This document shows positions 47,382-59,789 of a stretch of 63,298 bases of DNA, piece by piece. The notes below the pieces were generated by a model. The model had not been told where the DNA came from, did no database searches, and worked only from the letters and a program-made list of their open reading frames with translations. The stretch is from Azolla caroliniana. Taxonomy: Eukaryota > Plantae > Polypodiophyta. The translations under genes were made by a program, and so were the position numbers. Each line of letters begins with the position of its first letter. Positions within the stretch are counted from its first letter, which is position 1. The stretch is taken from contig JBHGNT010000162.1 in the NCBI GenBank assembly GCA_043228905.1, forward strand, positions 1 to 63,298, written 5' to 3'.

Positions 47382-48244
47382 TGCGATTGTCCTTATGATC
47401 CCGGTGCTTGTCTCCTAATGGATTGTATTGACATTGCTCCCTCCACCTTTAATATATACACATGGCCATGCAATCAGAGCACATGCATGTCACTCACCAC
47501 TCCCATTACCATAACGTGTGTGTCCCTGCGTACAACTCTTGCCCAAGACCCATACCAACTAGTCCACCCTCCCACACGTCTAGGCTAGTCCTAGGTGTCG
47601 TATTGTCACCAGACAATCTGGGCGCAACCTGTGGCGGGTACTCCTCCTCCTCCTCGCGCGAGAGCTTGTCGAGCAACATAACATTTATACATACGTAGGT
47701 AGATGTGCGCACTCGCGCGTGCGCGTAGGGGTGTGCGGGCACGTGCACATTAAACTAGCACGCGCTAGTGCCGAGACACTAAGCACGCGGAGGCTACTGC
47801 GGGACGAGTGGTGGCTCCCGAGTGTGCTACATCGATGAACGTAGATAGACCGGTGTCCGTACTCGCTCGTTCGGACGAGGGGTTGGTAACGACGACGACA
47901 AGGAAAGCTAACCGGACTACCACACTAGGAGTGTCCTATCGGGCAAGTGTGGAAGCAAGTTCACATTCGCCGCGTGTACAAGTTGACCTTAGCCGTTGCC
48001 GTGGCGTGTGCGGTATGGGTGTTCTGCTTTGATATTTTTTTTCCGTTTGGGTGGTTTGCGGTCCCCTATAGGCAAATTCTATACGTTGGTGGTCGTGTTT
48101 ACGTTCGTGTTGGAGGGACGTTGGTGCTCGTGTTTACGTTCGTGTGGGTGTAATGCGCGATTGGGGAGACGCACTTGTTCGTAAACACTTACGAGAAATT
48201 AGAGAGAGACCACGAGAATAATTTGAACAAGGTTTATGTACTAT

Positions 48245-49030
48245 TTAGAAGCGACGAATACAAGCACGAGGGCGAAGATCGCACTGTTGGAGTAGGCGGG
48301 AGGCGGCGACGCCTAGAGCTCTTTCCTCGTCATCGGCCTTGAATTGGCGACGTTGTTGACGTTCGTCCTCTTGTCGTCGAGACATGCGGTGGCGGCGTTC
48401 GTCACCCTCTCGTCGCTCACGGCTGCTATCTCTCTCGCGCTCCTCGTCCTCTTCCTCCCAGCTACGGTGTTCCCTTGATTGTTGGCCATGGCGTCGGCCT
48501 TCATCATTGCGTCGTTCCTCCTCGTCAGCATACAAGGCATCACGTAGGCGATCGCATCGATCTTCGGCGGGGATTCGTTCGACGTTCCTGCAGCACCGTT
48601 CCGAGGGTCTTGAGTATCGAGTGTTTTCGATCCATGGGGAGCGACGTCCTTGTTCACCTTCCTCTCTTTCGGAGCGCTCTTGTAGCTCTCGGATCTGCTT
48701 GTCGATGAAATCACCGCACTCTCGCCTCAGTTCCTCGTCACGTGGCTCATCGCGACCACGGCTACGACGTTCCCTTTCCTCTTCGGAGTCTCTCTTGTTG
48801 TCTCTGTAGCGGCGCCCCTCCTCAAGGAACCCCTCACGACGTCGCTCGCGCCTCTCGTCATCGCACTCCCCCTCTCGGCGTCGATCGCGCCTCTCCTCGT
48901 CAATGTCTCCCTCACGACGTCGATCGCGTCGCTCCTCTTCACGGTCCCGCCCTACAGACCTAGCATTGGCCGCGGTACACGCGGCGAGCATGATCACGGC
49001 CATGAGGAATACGGAAGTAAGCTTTGCCAT
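48245..49030 (-). CDS. 2S albumin-like storage protein, copy 25
   Basis: Intact 261-aa ORF, 1649-bp subfamily. Confidence 0.85.
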   Translation of the reverse strand: MAKLTSVFLMAVIMLAACTAANARSVGRDREEERRDRRREGDIDEERRDRRREGECDDERRERRREGFLEEGRRYRDNKRDSEEERERRSRGRDEPRDEELRRECGDFIDKQIRELQERSEREEGEQGRRSPWIENTRYSRPSERCCRNVERIPAEDRCDRLRDALYADEEERRNDEGRRHGQQSREHRSWEEEDEERERDSSRERREGDERRHRMSRRQEDERQQRRQFKADDEERALGVAASRLLQQCDLRPRACIRRF

Positions 49031-49893
49031 TGCGATTGTCCTTATGATCCCGGTGCTTGTCTCCTAATGGATTGTATTGACATTGCTCCCTCCACCTTTA
49101 ATATATACACATGGCCATGCAATCAGAGCACATGCATGTCACTCACCACTCCCATTACCATAACGTGTGTGTCCCTGCGTACAACTCTTGCCCAAGACCC
49201 ATACCAACTAGTCCACCCTCCCACACGTCTAGGCTAGTCCTAGGTGTCGTATTGTCACCAGACAATCTGGGCGCAACCTGTGGCGGGTACTCCTCCTCCT
49301 CCTCGCGCGAGAGCTTGTCGAGCAACATAACATTTATACATACGTAGGTAGATGTGCGCACTCGCGCGTGCGCGTAGGGGTGTGCGGGCACGTGCACATT
49401 AAACTAGCACGCGCTAGTGCCGAGACACTAAGCACGCGGAGGCTACTGCGGGACGAGTGGTGGCTCCCGAGTGTGCTACATCGATGAACGTAGATAGACC
49501 GGTGTCCGTACTCGCTCGTTCGGACGAGGGGTTGGTAACGACGACGACAAGGAAAGCTAACCGGACTACCACACTAGGAGTGTCCTATCGGGCAAGTGTG
49601 GAAGCAAGTTCACATTCGCCGCGTGTACAAGTTGACCTTAGCCGTTGCCGTGGCGTGTGCGGTATGGGTGTTCTGCTTTGATATTTTTTTTCCGTTTGGG
49701 TGGTTTGCGGTCCCCTATAGGCAAATTCTATACGTTGGTGGTCGTGTTTACGTTCGTGTTGGAGGGACGTTGGTGCTCGTGTTTACGTTCGTGTGGGTGT
49801 AATGCGCGATTGGGGAGACGCACTTGTTCGTAAACACTTACGAGAAATTAGAGAGAGACCACGAGAATAATTTGAACAAGGTTTATGTACTAT

Positions 49894-50679
49894 TTAGAAG
49901 CGACGAATACAAGCACGAGGGCGAAGATCGCACTGTTGGAGTAGGCGGGAGGCGGCGACGCCTAGAGCTCTTTCCTCGTCATCGGCCTTGAATTGGCGAC
50001 GTTGTTGACGTTCGTCCTCTTGTCGTCGAGACATGCGGTGGCGGCGTTCGTCACCCTCTCGTCGCTCACGGCTGCTATCTCTCTCGCGCTCCTCGTCCTC
50101 TTCCTCCCAGCTACGGTGTTCCCTTGATTGTTGGCCATGGCGTCGGCCTTCATCATTGCGTCGTTCCTCCTCGTCAGCATACAAGGCATCACGTAGGCGA
50201 TCGCATCGATCTTCGGCGGGGATTCGTTCGACGTTCCTGCAGCACCGTTCCGAGGGTCTTGAGTATCGAGTGTTTTCGATCCATGGGGAGCGACGTCCTT
50301 GTTCACCTTCCTCTCTTTCGGAGCGCTCTTGTAGCTCTCGGATCTGCTTGTCGATGAAATCACCGCACTCTCGCCTCAGTTCCTCGTCACGTGGCTCATC
50401 GCGACCACGGCTACGACGTTCCCTTTCCTCTTCGGAGTCTCTCTTGTTGTCTCTGTAGCGGCGCCCCTCCTCAAGGAACCCCTCACGACGTCGCTCGCGC
50501 CTCTCGTCATCGCACTCCCCCTCTCGGCGTCGATCGCGCCTCTCCTCGTCAATGTCTCCCTCACGACGTCGATCGCGTCGCTCCTCTTCACGGTCCCGCC
50601 CTACAGACCTAGCATTGGCCGCGGTACACGCGGCGAGCATGATCACGGCCATGAGGAATACGGAAGTAAGCTTTGCCAT
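49894..50679 (-). CDS. 2S albumin-like storage protein, copy 26
   Basis: Intact 261-aa ORF, 1649-bp subfamily. Confidence 0.85.
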   Translation of the reverse strand: MAKLTSVFLMAVIMLAACTAANARSVGRDREEERRDRRREGDIDEERRDRRREGECDDERRERRREGFLEEGRRYRDNKRDSEEERERRSRGRDEPRDEELRRECGDFIDKQIRELQERSEREEGEQGRRSPWIENTRYSRPSERCCRNVERIPAEDRCDRLRDALYADEEERRNDEGRRHGQQSREHRSWEEEDEERERDSSRERREGDERRHRMSRRQEDERQQRRQFKADDEERALGVAASRLLQQCDLRPRACIRRF

Positions 50680-51542
50680 TGCGATTGTCCTTATGATCCC
50701 GGTGCTTGTCTCCTAATGGATTGTATTGACATTGCTCCCTCCACCTTTAATATATACACATGGCCATGCAATCAGAGCACATGCATGTCACTCACCACTC
50801 CCATTACCATAACGTGTGTGTCCCTGCGTACAACTCTTGCCCAAGACCCATACCAACTAGTCCACCCTCCCACACGTCTAGGCTAGTCCTAGGTGTCGTA
50901 TTGTCACCAGACAATCTGGGCGCAACCTGTGGCGGGTACTCCTCCTCCTCCTCGCGCGAGAGCTTGTCGAGCAACATAACATTTATACATACGTAGGTAG
51001 ATGTGCGCACTCGCGCGTGCGCGTAGGGGTGTGCGGGCACGTGCACATTAAACTAGCACGCGCTAGTGCCGAGACACTAAGCACGCGGAGGCTACTGCGG
51101 GACGAGTGGTGGCTCCCGAGTGTGCTACATCGATGAACGTAGATAGACCGGTGTCCGTACTCGCTCGTTCGGACGAGGGGTTGGTAACGACGACGACAAG
51201 GAAAGCTAACCGGACTACCACACTAGGAGTGTCCTATCGGGCAAGTGTGGAAGCAAGTTCACATTCGCCGCGTGTACAAGTTGACCTTAGCCGTTGCCGT
51301 GGCGTGTGCGGTATGGGTGTTCTGCTTTGATATTTTTTTTCCGTTTGGGTGGTTTGCGGTCCCCTATAGGCAAATTCTATACGTTGGTGGTCGTGTTTAC
51401 GTTCGTGTTGGAGGGACGTTGGTGCTCGTGTTTACGTTCGTGTGGGTGTAATGCGCGATTGGGGAGACGCACTTGTTCGTAAACACTTACGAGAAATTAG
51501 AGAGAGACCACGAGAATAATTTGAACAAGGTTTATGTACTAT

Positions 51543-52328
51543 TTAGAAGCGACGAATACAAGCACGAGGGCGAAGATCGCACTGTTGGAGTAGGCGGGAG
51601 GCGGCGACGCCTAGAGCTCTTTCCTCGTCATCGGCCTTGAATTGGCGACGTTGTTGACGTTCGTCCTCTTGTCGTCGAGACATGCGGTGGCGGCGTTCGT
51701 CACCCTCTCGTCGCTCACGGCTGCTATCTCTCTCGCGCTCCTCGTCCTCTTCCTCCCAGCTACGGTGTTCCCTTGATTGTTGGCCATGGCGTCGGCCTTC
51801 ATCATTGCGTCGTTCCTCCTCGTCAGCATACAAGGCATCACGTAGGCGATCGCATCGATCTTCGGCGGGGATTCGTTCGACGTTCCTGCAGCACCGTTCC
51901 GAGGGTCTTGAGTATCGAGTGTTTTCGATCCATGGGGAGCGACGTCCTTGTTCACCTTCCTCTCTTTCGGAGCGCTCTTGTAGCTCTCGGATCTGCTTGT
52001 CGATGAAATCACCGCACTCTCGCCTCAGTTCCTCGTCACGTGGCTCATCGCGACCACGGCTACGACGTTCCCTTTCCTCTTCGGAGTCTCTCTTGTTGTC
52101 TCTGTAGCGGCGCCCCTCCTCAAGGAACCCCTCACGACGTCGCTCGCGCCTCTCGTCATCGCACTCCCCCTCTCGGCGTCGATCGCGCCTCTCCTCGTCA
52201 ATGTCTCCCTCACGACGTCGATCGCGTCGCTCCTCTTCACGGTCCCGCCCTACAGACCTAGCATTGGCCGCGGTACACGCGGCGAGCATGATCACGGCCA
52301 TGAGGAATACGGAAGTAAGCTTTGCCAT
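51543..52328 (-). CDS. 2S albumin-like storage protein, copy 27
   Basis: Intact 261-aa ORF, 1649-bp subfamily. Confidence 0.85.
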   Translation of the reverse strand: MAKLTSVFLMAVIMLAACTAANARSVGRDREEERRDRRREGDIDEERRDRRREGECDDERRERRREGFLEEGRRYRDNKRDSEEERERRSRGRDEPRDEELRRECGDFIDKQIRELQERSEREEGEQGRRSPWIENTRYSRPSERCCRNVERIPAEDRCDRLRDALYADEEERRNDEGRRHGQQSREHRSWEEEDEERERDSSRERREGDERRHRMSRRQEDERQQRRQFKADDEERALGVAASRLLQQCDLRPRACIRRF

Positions 52329-53191
52329 TGCGATTGTCCTTATGATCCCGGTGCTTGTCTCCTAATGGATTGTATTGACATTGCTCCCTCCACCTTTAAT
52401 ATATACACATGGCCATGCAATCAGAGCACATGCATGTCACTCACCACTCCCATTACCATAACGTGTGTGTCCCTGCGTACAACTCTTGCCCAAGACCCAT
52501 ACCAACTAGTCCACCCTCCCACACGTCTAGGCTAGTCCTAGGTGTCGTATTGTCACCAGACAATCTGGGCGCAACCTGTGGCGGGTACTCCTCCTCCTCC
52601 TCGCGCGAGAGCTTGTCGAGCAACATAACATTTATACATACGTAGGTAGATGTGCGCACTCGCGCGTGCGCGTAGGGGTGTGCGGGCACGTGCACATTAA
52701 ACTAGCACGCGCTAGTGCCGAGACACTAAGCACGCGGAGGCTACTGCGGGACGAGTGGTGGCTCCCGAGTGTGCTACATCGATGAACGTAGATAGACCGG
52801 TGTCCGTACTCGCTCGTTCGGACGAGGGGTTGGTAACGACGACGACAAGGAAAGCTAACCGGACTACCACACTAGGAGTGTCCTATCGGGCAAGTGTGGA
52901 AGCAAGTTCACATTCGCCGCGTGTACAAGTTGACCTTAGCCGTTGCCGTGGCGTGTGCGGTATGGGTGTTCTGCTTTGATATTTTTTTTCCGTTTGGGTG
53001 GTTTGCGGTCCCCTATAGGCAAATTCTATACGTTGGTGGTCGTGTTTACGTTCGTGTTGGAGGGACGTTGGTGCTCGTGTTTACGTTCGTGTGGGTGTAA
53101 TGCGCGATTGGGGAGACGCACTTGTTCGTAAACACTTACGAGAAATTAGAGAGAGACCACGAGAATAATTTGAACAAGGTTTATGTACTAT

Positions 53192-53977
53192 TTAGAAGCG
53201 ACGAATACAAGCACGAGGGCGAAGATCGCACTGTTGGAGTAGGCGGGAGGCGGCGACGCCTAGAGCTCTTTCCTCGTCATCGGCCTTGAATTGGCGACGT
53301 TGTTGACGTTCGTCCTCTTGTCGTCGAGACATGCGGTGGCGGCGTTCGTCACCCTCTCGTCGCTCACGGCTGCTATCTCTCTCGCGCTCCTCGTCCTCTT
53401 CCTCCCAGCTACGGTGTTCCCTTGATTGTTGGCCATGGCGTCGGCCTTCATCATTGCGTCGTTCCTCCTCGTCAGCATACAAGGCATCACGTAGGCGATC
53501 GCATCGATCTTCGGCGGGGATTCGTTCGACGTTCCTGCAGCACCGTTCCGAGGGTCTTGAGTATCGAGTGTTTTCGATCCATGGGGAGCGACGTCCTTGT
53601 TCACCTTCCTCTCTTTCGGAGCGCTCTTGTAGCTCTCGGATCTGCTTGTCGATGAAATCACCGCACTCTCGCCTCAGTTCCTCGTCACGTGGCTCATCGC
53701 GACCACGGCTACGACGTTCCCTTTCCTCTTCGGAGTCTCTCTTGTTGTCTCTGTAGCGGCGCCCCTCCTCAAGGAACCCCTCACGACGTCGCTCGCGCCT
53801 CTCGTCATCGCACTCCCCCTCTCGGCGTCGATCGCGCCTCTCCTCGTCAATGTCTCCCTCACGACGTCGATCGCGTCGCTCCTCTTCACGGTCCCGCCCT
53901 ACAGACCTAGCATTGGCCGCGGTACACGCGGCGAGCATGATCACGGCCATGAGGAATACGGAAGTAAGCTTTGCCAT
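53192..53977 (-). CDS. 2S albumin-like storage protein, copy 28
   Basis: Intact 261-aa ORF, 1649-bp subfamily. Confidence 0.85.
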   Translation of the reverse strand: MAKLTSVFLMAVIMLAACTAANARSVGRDREEERRDRRREGDIDEERRDRRREGECDDERRERRREGFLEEGRRYRDNKRDSEEERERRSRGRDEPRDEELRRECGDFIDKQIRELQERSEREEGEQGRRSPWIENTRYSRPSERCCRNVERIPAEDRCDRLRDALYADEEERRNDEGRRHGQQSREHRSWEEEDEERERDSSRERREGDERRHRMSRRQEDERQQRRQFKADDEERALGVAASRLLQQCDLRPRACIRRF

Positions 53978-54840
53978 TGCGATTGTCCTTATGATCCCGG
54001 TGCTTGTCTCCTAATGGATTGTATTGACATTGCTCCCTCCACCTTTAATATATACACATGGCCATGCAATCAGAGCACATGCATGTCACTCACCACTCCC
54101 ATTACCATAACGTGTGTGTCCCTGCGTACAACTCTTGCCCAAGACCCATACCAACTAGTCCACCCTCCCACACGTCTAGGCTAGTCCTAGGTGTCGTATT
54201 GTCACCAGACAATCTGGGCGCAACCTGTGGCGGGTACTCCTCCTCCTCCTCGCGCGAGAGCTTGTCGAGCAACATAACATTTATACATACGTAGGTAGAT
54301 GTGCGCACTCGCGCGTGCGCGTAGGGGTGTGCGGGCACGTGCACATTAAACTAGCACGCGCTAGTGCCGAGACACTAAGCACGCGGAGGCTACTGCGGGA
54401 CGAGTGGTGGCTCCCGAGTGTGCTACATCGATGAACGTAGATAGACCGGTGTCCGTACTCGCTCGTTCGGACGAGGGGTTGGTAACGACGACGACAAGGA
54501 AAGCTAACCGGACTACCACACTAGGAGTGTCCTATCGGGCAAGTGTGGAAGCAAGTTCACATTCGCCGCGTGTACAAGTTGACCTTAGCCGTTGCCGTGG
54601 CGTGTGCGGTATGGGTGTTCTGCTTTGATATTTTTTTTCCGTTTGGGTGGTTTGCGGTCCCCTATAGGCAAATTCTATACGTTGGTGGTCGTGTTTACGT
54701 TCGTGTTGGAGGGACGTTGGTGCTCGTGTTTACGTTCGTGTGGGTGTAATGCGCGATTGGGGAGACGCACTTGTTCGTAAACACTTACGAGAAATTAGAG
54801 AGAGACCACGAGAATAATTTGAACAAGGTTTATGTACTAT

Positions 54841-55626
54841 TTAGAAGCGACGAATACAAGCACGAGGGCGAAGATCGCACTGTTGGAGTAGGCGGGAGGC
54901 GGCGACGCCTAGAGCTCTTTCCTCGTCATCGGCCTTGAATTGGCGACGTTGTTGACGTTCGTCCTCTTGTCGTCGAGACATGCGGTGGCGGCGTTCGTCA
55001 CCCTCTCGTCGCTCACGGCTGCTATCTCTCTCGCGCTCCTCGTCCTCTTCCTCCCAGCTACGGTGTTCCCTTGATTGTTGGCCATGGCGTCGGCCTTCAT
55101 CATTGCGTCGTTCCTCCTCGTCAGCATACAAGGCATCACGTAGGCGATCGCATCGATCTTCGGCGGGGATTCGTTCGACGTTCCTGCAGCACCGTTCCGA
55201 GGGTCTTGAGTATCGAGTGTTTTCGATCCATGGGGAGCGACGTCCTTGTTCACCTTCCTCTCTTTCGGAGCGCTCTTGTAGCTCTCGGATCTGCTTGTCG
55301 ATGAAATCACCGCACTCTCGCCTCAGTTCCTCGTCACGTGGCTCATCGCGACCACGGCTACGACGTTCCCTTTCCTCTTCGGAGTCTCTCTTGTTGTCTC
55401 TGTAGCGGCGCCCCTCCTCAAGGAACCCCTCACGACGTCGCTCGCGCCTCTCGTCATCGCACTCCCCCTCTCGGCGTCGATCGCGCCTCTCCTCGTCAAT
55501 GTCTCCCTCACGACGTCGATCGCGTCGCTCCTCTTCACGGTCCCGCCCTACAGACCTAGCATTGGCCGCGGTACACGCGGCGAGCATGATCACGGCCATG
55601 AGGAATACGGAAGTAAGCTTTGCCAT
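54841..55626 (-). CDS. 2S albumin-like storage protein, copy 29
   Basis: Intact 261-aa ORF, 1649-bp subfamily. Confidence 0.85.
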   Translation of the reverse strand: MAKLTSVFLMAVIMLAACTAANARSVGRDREEERRDRRREGDIDEERRDRRREGECDDERRERRREGFLEEGRRYRDNKRDSEEERERRSRGRDEPRDEELRRECGDFIDKQIRELQERSEREEGEQGRRSPWIENTRYSRPSERCCRNVERIPAEDRCDRLRDALYADEEERRNDEGRRHGQQSREHRSWEEEDEERERDSSRERREGDERRHRMSRRQEDERQQRRQFKADDEERALGVAASRLLQQCDLRPRACIRRF

Positions 55627-56489
55627 TGCGATTGTCCTTATGATCCCGGTGCTTGTCTCCTAATGGATTGTATTGACATTGCTCCCTCCACCTTTAATAT
55701 ATACACATGGCCATGCAATCAGAGCACATGCATGTCACTCACCACTCCCATTACCATAACGTGTGTGTCCCTGCGTACAACTCTTGCCCAAGACCCATAC
55801 CAACTAGTCCACCCTCCCACACGTCTAGGCTAGTCCTAGGTGTCGTATTGTCACCAGACAATCTGGGCGCAACCTGTGGCGGGTACTCCTCCTCCTCCTC
55901 GCGCGAGAGCTTGTCGAGCAACATAACATTTATACATACGTAGGTAGATGTGCGCACTCGCGCGTGCGCGTAGGGGTGTGCGGGCACGTGCACATTAAAC
56001 TAGCACGCGCTAGTGCCGAGACACTAAGCACGCGGAGGCTACTGCGGGACGAGTGGTGGCTCCCGAGTGTGCTACATCGATGAACGTAGATAGACCGGTG
56101 TCCGTACTCGCTCGTTCGGACGAGGGGTTGGTAACGACGACGACAAGGAAAGCTAACCGGACTACCACACTAGGAGTGTCCTATCGGGCAAGTGTGGAAG
56201 CAAGTTCACATTCGCCGCGTGTACAAGTTGACCTTAGCCGTTGCCGTGGCGTGTGCGGTATGGGTGTTCTGCTTTGATATTTTTTTTCCGTTTGGGTGGT
56301 TTGCGGTCCCCTATAGGCAAATTCTATACGTTGGTGGTCGTGTTTACGTTCGTGTTGGAGGGACGTTGGTGCTCGTGTTTACGTTCGTGTGGGTGTAATG
56401 CGCGATTGGGGAGACGCACTTGTTCGTAAACACTTACGAGAAATTAGAGAGAGACCACGAGAATAATTTGAACAAGGTTTATGTACTAT

Positions 56490-57275
56490 TTAGAAGCGAC
56501 GAATACAAGCACGAGGGCGAAGATCGCACTGTTGGAGTAGGCGGGAGGCGGCGACGCCTAGAGCTCTTTCCTCGTCATCGGCCTTGAATTGGCGACGTTG
56601 TTGACGTTCGTCCTCTTGTCGTCGAGACATGCGGTGGCGGCGTTCGTCACCCTCTCGTCGCTCACGGCTGCTATCTCTCTCGCGCTCCTCGTCCTCTTCC
56701 TCCCAGCTACGGTGTTCCCTTGATTGTTGGCCATGGCGTCGGCCTTCATCATTGCGTCGTTCCTCCTCGTCAGCATACAAGGCATCACGTAGGCGATCGC
56801 ATCGATCTTCGGCGGGGATTCGTTCGACGTTCCTGCAGCACCGTTCCGAGGGTCTTGAGTATCGAGTGTTTTCGATCCATGGGGAGCGACGTCCTTGTTC
56901 ACCTTCCTCTCTTTCGGAGCGCTCTTGTAGCTCTCGGATCTGCTTGTCGATGAAATCACCGCACTCTCGCCTCAGTTCCTCGTCACGTGGCTCATCGCGA
57001 CCACGGCTACGACGTTCCCTTTCCTCTTCGGAGTCTCTCTTGTTGTCTCTGTAGCGGCGCCCCTCCTCAAGGAACCCCTCACGACGTCGCTCGCGCCTCT
57101 CGTCATCGCACTCCCCCTCTCGGCGTCGATCGCGCCTCTCCTCGTCAATGTCTCCCTCACGACGTCGATCGCGTCGCTCCTCTTCACGGTCCCGCCCTAC
57201 AGACCTAGCATTGGCCGCGGTACACGCGGCGAGCATGATCACGGCCATGAGGAATACGGAAGTAAGCTTTGCCAT
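56490..57275 (-). CDS. 2S albumin-like storage protein, copy 30
   Basis: Intact 261-aa ORF, 1649-bp subfamily. Confidence 0.85.
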   Translation of the reverse strand: MAKLTSVFLMAVIMLAACTAANARSVGRDREEERRDRRREGDIDEERRDRRREGECDDERRERRREGFLEEGRRYRDNKRDSEEERERRSRGRDEPRDEELRRECGDFIDKQIRELQERSEREEGEQGRRSPWIENTRYSRPSERCCRNVERIPAEDRCDRLRDALYADEEERRNDEGRRHGQQSREHRSWEEEDEERERDSSRERREGDERRHRMSRRQEDERQQRRQFKADDEERALGVAASRLLQQCDLRPRACIRRF

Positions 57276-58139
57276 TGCGATTGTCCTTATGATCCCGGTG
57301 CTTGTCTCCTAATGGATTGTATTGACATTGCTCCCTCCACCTTTAATATATACACATGGCCATGCAATCAGAGCACATGCATGTCACTCACCACTCCCAT
57401 TACCATAACGTGTGTGTCCCTGCGTACAACTCTTGCCCAAGACCCATACCAACTAGTCCACCCTCCCACACGTCTAGGCTAGTCCTAGGTGTCGTATTGT
57501 CACCAGACAATCTGGGCGCAACCTGTGGCGGGTACTCCTCCTCCTCCTCGCGCGAGAGCTTGTCGAGCAACATAACATTTATACATACGTAGGTAGATGT
57601 GCGCACTCGCGCGTGCGCGTAGGGGTGTGCGGGCACGTGCACATTAAACTAGCACGCGCTAGTGCCGAGACACTAAGCACGCGGAGGCTACTGCGGGACG
57701 AGTGGTGGCTCCCGAGTGTGCTACATCGATGAACGTAGATAGACCGGTGTCCGTACTCGCTCGTTCGGACGAGGGGTTGGTAACGACGACGACAAGGAAA
57801 GCTAACCGGACTACCACACTAGGAGTGTCCTATCGGGCAAGTGTGGAAGCAAGTTCACATTCGCCGCGTGTACAAGTTGACCTTAGCCGTTGCCGTGGCG
57901 TGTGCGGTATGGGTGTTCTGCTTTGATATTTTTTTTCCGTTTGGGTGGTTTGCGGTCCCCTATAGGCAAATTCTATACGTTGGTGGTCGTGTTTACGTTC
58001 GTGTTGGAGGGACGTTGGTGCTCGTGTTTACGTTCGTGTGGGTGTAATGCGCGATTGGGGAGACGCACTTTGTTCGTAAACACTTACGAGAAATTAGAGA
58101 GAGACCACGAGAATAATTTGAACAAGGTTTATGTACTAT

Positions 58140-58925
58140 TTAGAAGCGACGAATACAAGCACGAGGGCGAAGATCGCACTGTTGGAGTAGGCGGGAGGCG
58201 GCGACGCCTAGAGCTCTTTCCTCGTCATCGGCCTTGAATTGGCGACGTTGTTGACGTTCGTCCTCTTGTCGTCGAGACATGCGGTGGCGGCGTTCGTCAC
58301 CCTCTCGTCGCTCACGGCTGCTATCTCTCTCGCGCTCCTCGTCCTCTTCCTCCCAGCTACGGTGTTCCCTTGATTGTTGGCCATGGCGTCGGCCTTCATC
58401 ATTGCGTCGTTCCTCCTCGTCAGCATACAAGGCATCACGTAGGCGATCGCATCGATCTTCGGCGGGGATTCGTTCGACGTTCCTGCAGCACCGTTCCGAG
58501 GGTCTTGAGTATCGAGTGTTTTCGATCCATGGGGAGCGACGTCCTTGTTCACCTTCCTCTCTTTCGGAGCGCTCTTGTAGCTCTCGGATCTGCTTGTCGA
58601 TGAAATCACCGCACTCTCGCCTCAGTTCCTCGTCACGTGGCTCATCGCGACCACGGCTACGACGTTCCCTTTCCTCTTCGGAGTCTCTCTTGTTGTCTCT
58701 GTAGCGGCGCCCCTCCTCAAGGAACCCCTCACGACGTCGCTCGCGCCTCTCGTCATCGCACTCCCCCTCTCGGCGTCGATCGCGCCTCTCCTCGTCAATG
58801 TCTCCCTCACGACGTCGATCGCGTCGCTCCTCTTCACGGTCCCGCCCTACAGACCTAGCATTGGCCGCGGTACACGCGGCGAGCATGATCACGGCCATGA
58901 GGAATACGGAAGTAAGCTTTGCCAT
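58140..58925 (-). CDS. 2S albumin-like storage protein, copy 31
   Basis: Intact 261-aa ORF, 1650-bp variant (extra T in the 3' flank). Confidence 0.85.
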   Translation of the reverse strand: MAKLTSVFLMAVIMLAACTAANARSVGRDREEERRDRRREGDIDEERRDRRREGECDDERRERRREGFLEEGRRYRDNKRDSEEERERRSRGRDEPRDEELRRECGDFIDKQIRELQERSEREEGEQGRRSPWIENTRYSRPSERCCRNVERIPAEDRCDRLRDALYADEEERRNDEGRRHGQQSREHRSWEEEDEERERDSSRERREGDERRHRMSRRQEDERQQRRQFKADDEERALGVAASRLLQQCDLRPRACIRRF

Positions 58926-59789
58926 TGCGATTGTCCTTATGATCCCGGTGCTTGTCTCCTAATGGATTGTATTGACATTGCTCCCTCCACCTTTAATATA
59001 TACACATGGCCATGCAATCAGAGCACATGCATGTCACTCACCACTCCCATTACCATAACGTGTGTGTCCCTGCGTACAACTCTTGCCCAAGACCCATACC
59101 AACTAGTCCACCCTCCCACACGTCTAGGCTAGTCCTAGGTGTCGTATTGTCACCAGACAATCTGGGCGCAACCTGTGGCGGGTACTCCTCCTCCTCCTCG
59201 CGCGAGAGCTTGTCGAGCAACATAACATTTATACATACGTAGGTAGATGTGCGCACTCGCGCGTGCGCGTAGGGGTGTGCGGGCACGTGCACATTAAACT
59301 AGCACGCGCTAGTGCCGAGACACTAAGCACGCGGAGGCTACTGCGGGACGAGTGGTGGCTCCCGAGTGTGCTACATCGATGAACGTAGATAGACCGGTGT
59401 CCGTACTCGCTCGTTCGGACGAGGGGTTGGTAACGACGACGACAAGGAAAGCTAACCGGACTACCACACTAGGAGTGTCCTATCGGGCAAGTGTGGAAGC
59501 AAGTTCACATTCGCCGCATGTACAAGTTGACCTTAGCCGTTGCCGTGGCGTGTGCGGTATGGGTGTTCTGCTTTGATATTTTTTTTCCGTTTGGGTGGTT
59601 TGCGGTCCCCTATAGGCAAATTCTATACGTTGGTGGTCGTGTTTACGTTCGTGTTGGAGGGACGTTGGTGCTCGTGTTTACGTTCGTGTGGGTGTAATGC
59701 GCGATTGGGGAGACGCACTTTGTTCGTAAACACTTACGAGAAATTAGAGAGAGACCACGAGAATAATTTGAACAAGGTTTATGTACTAT

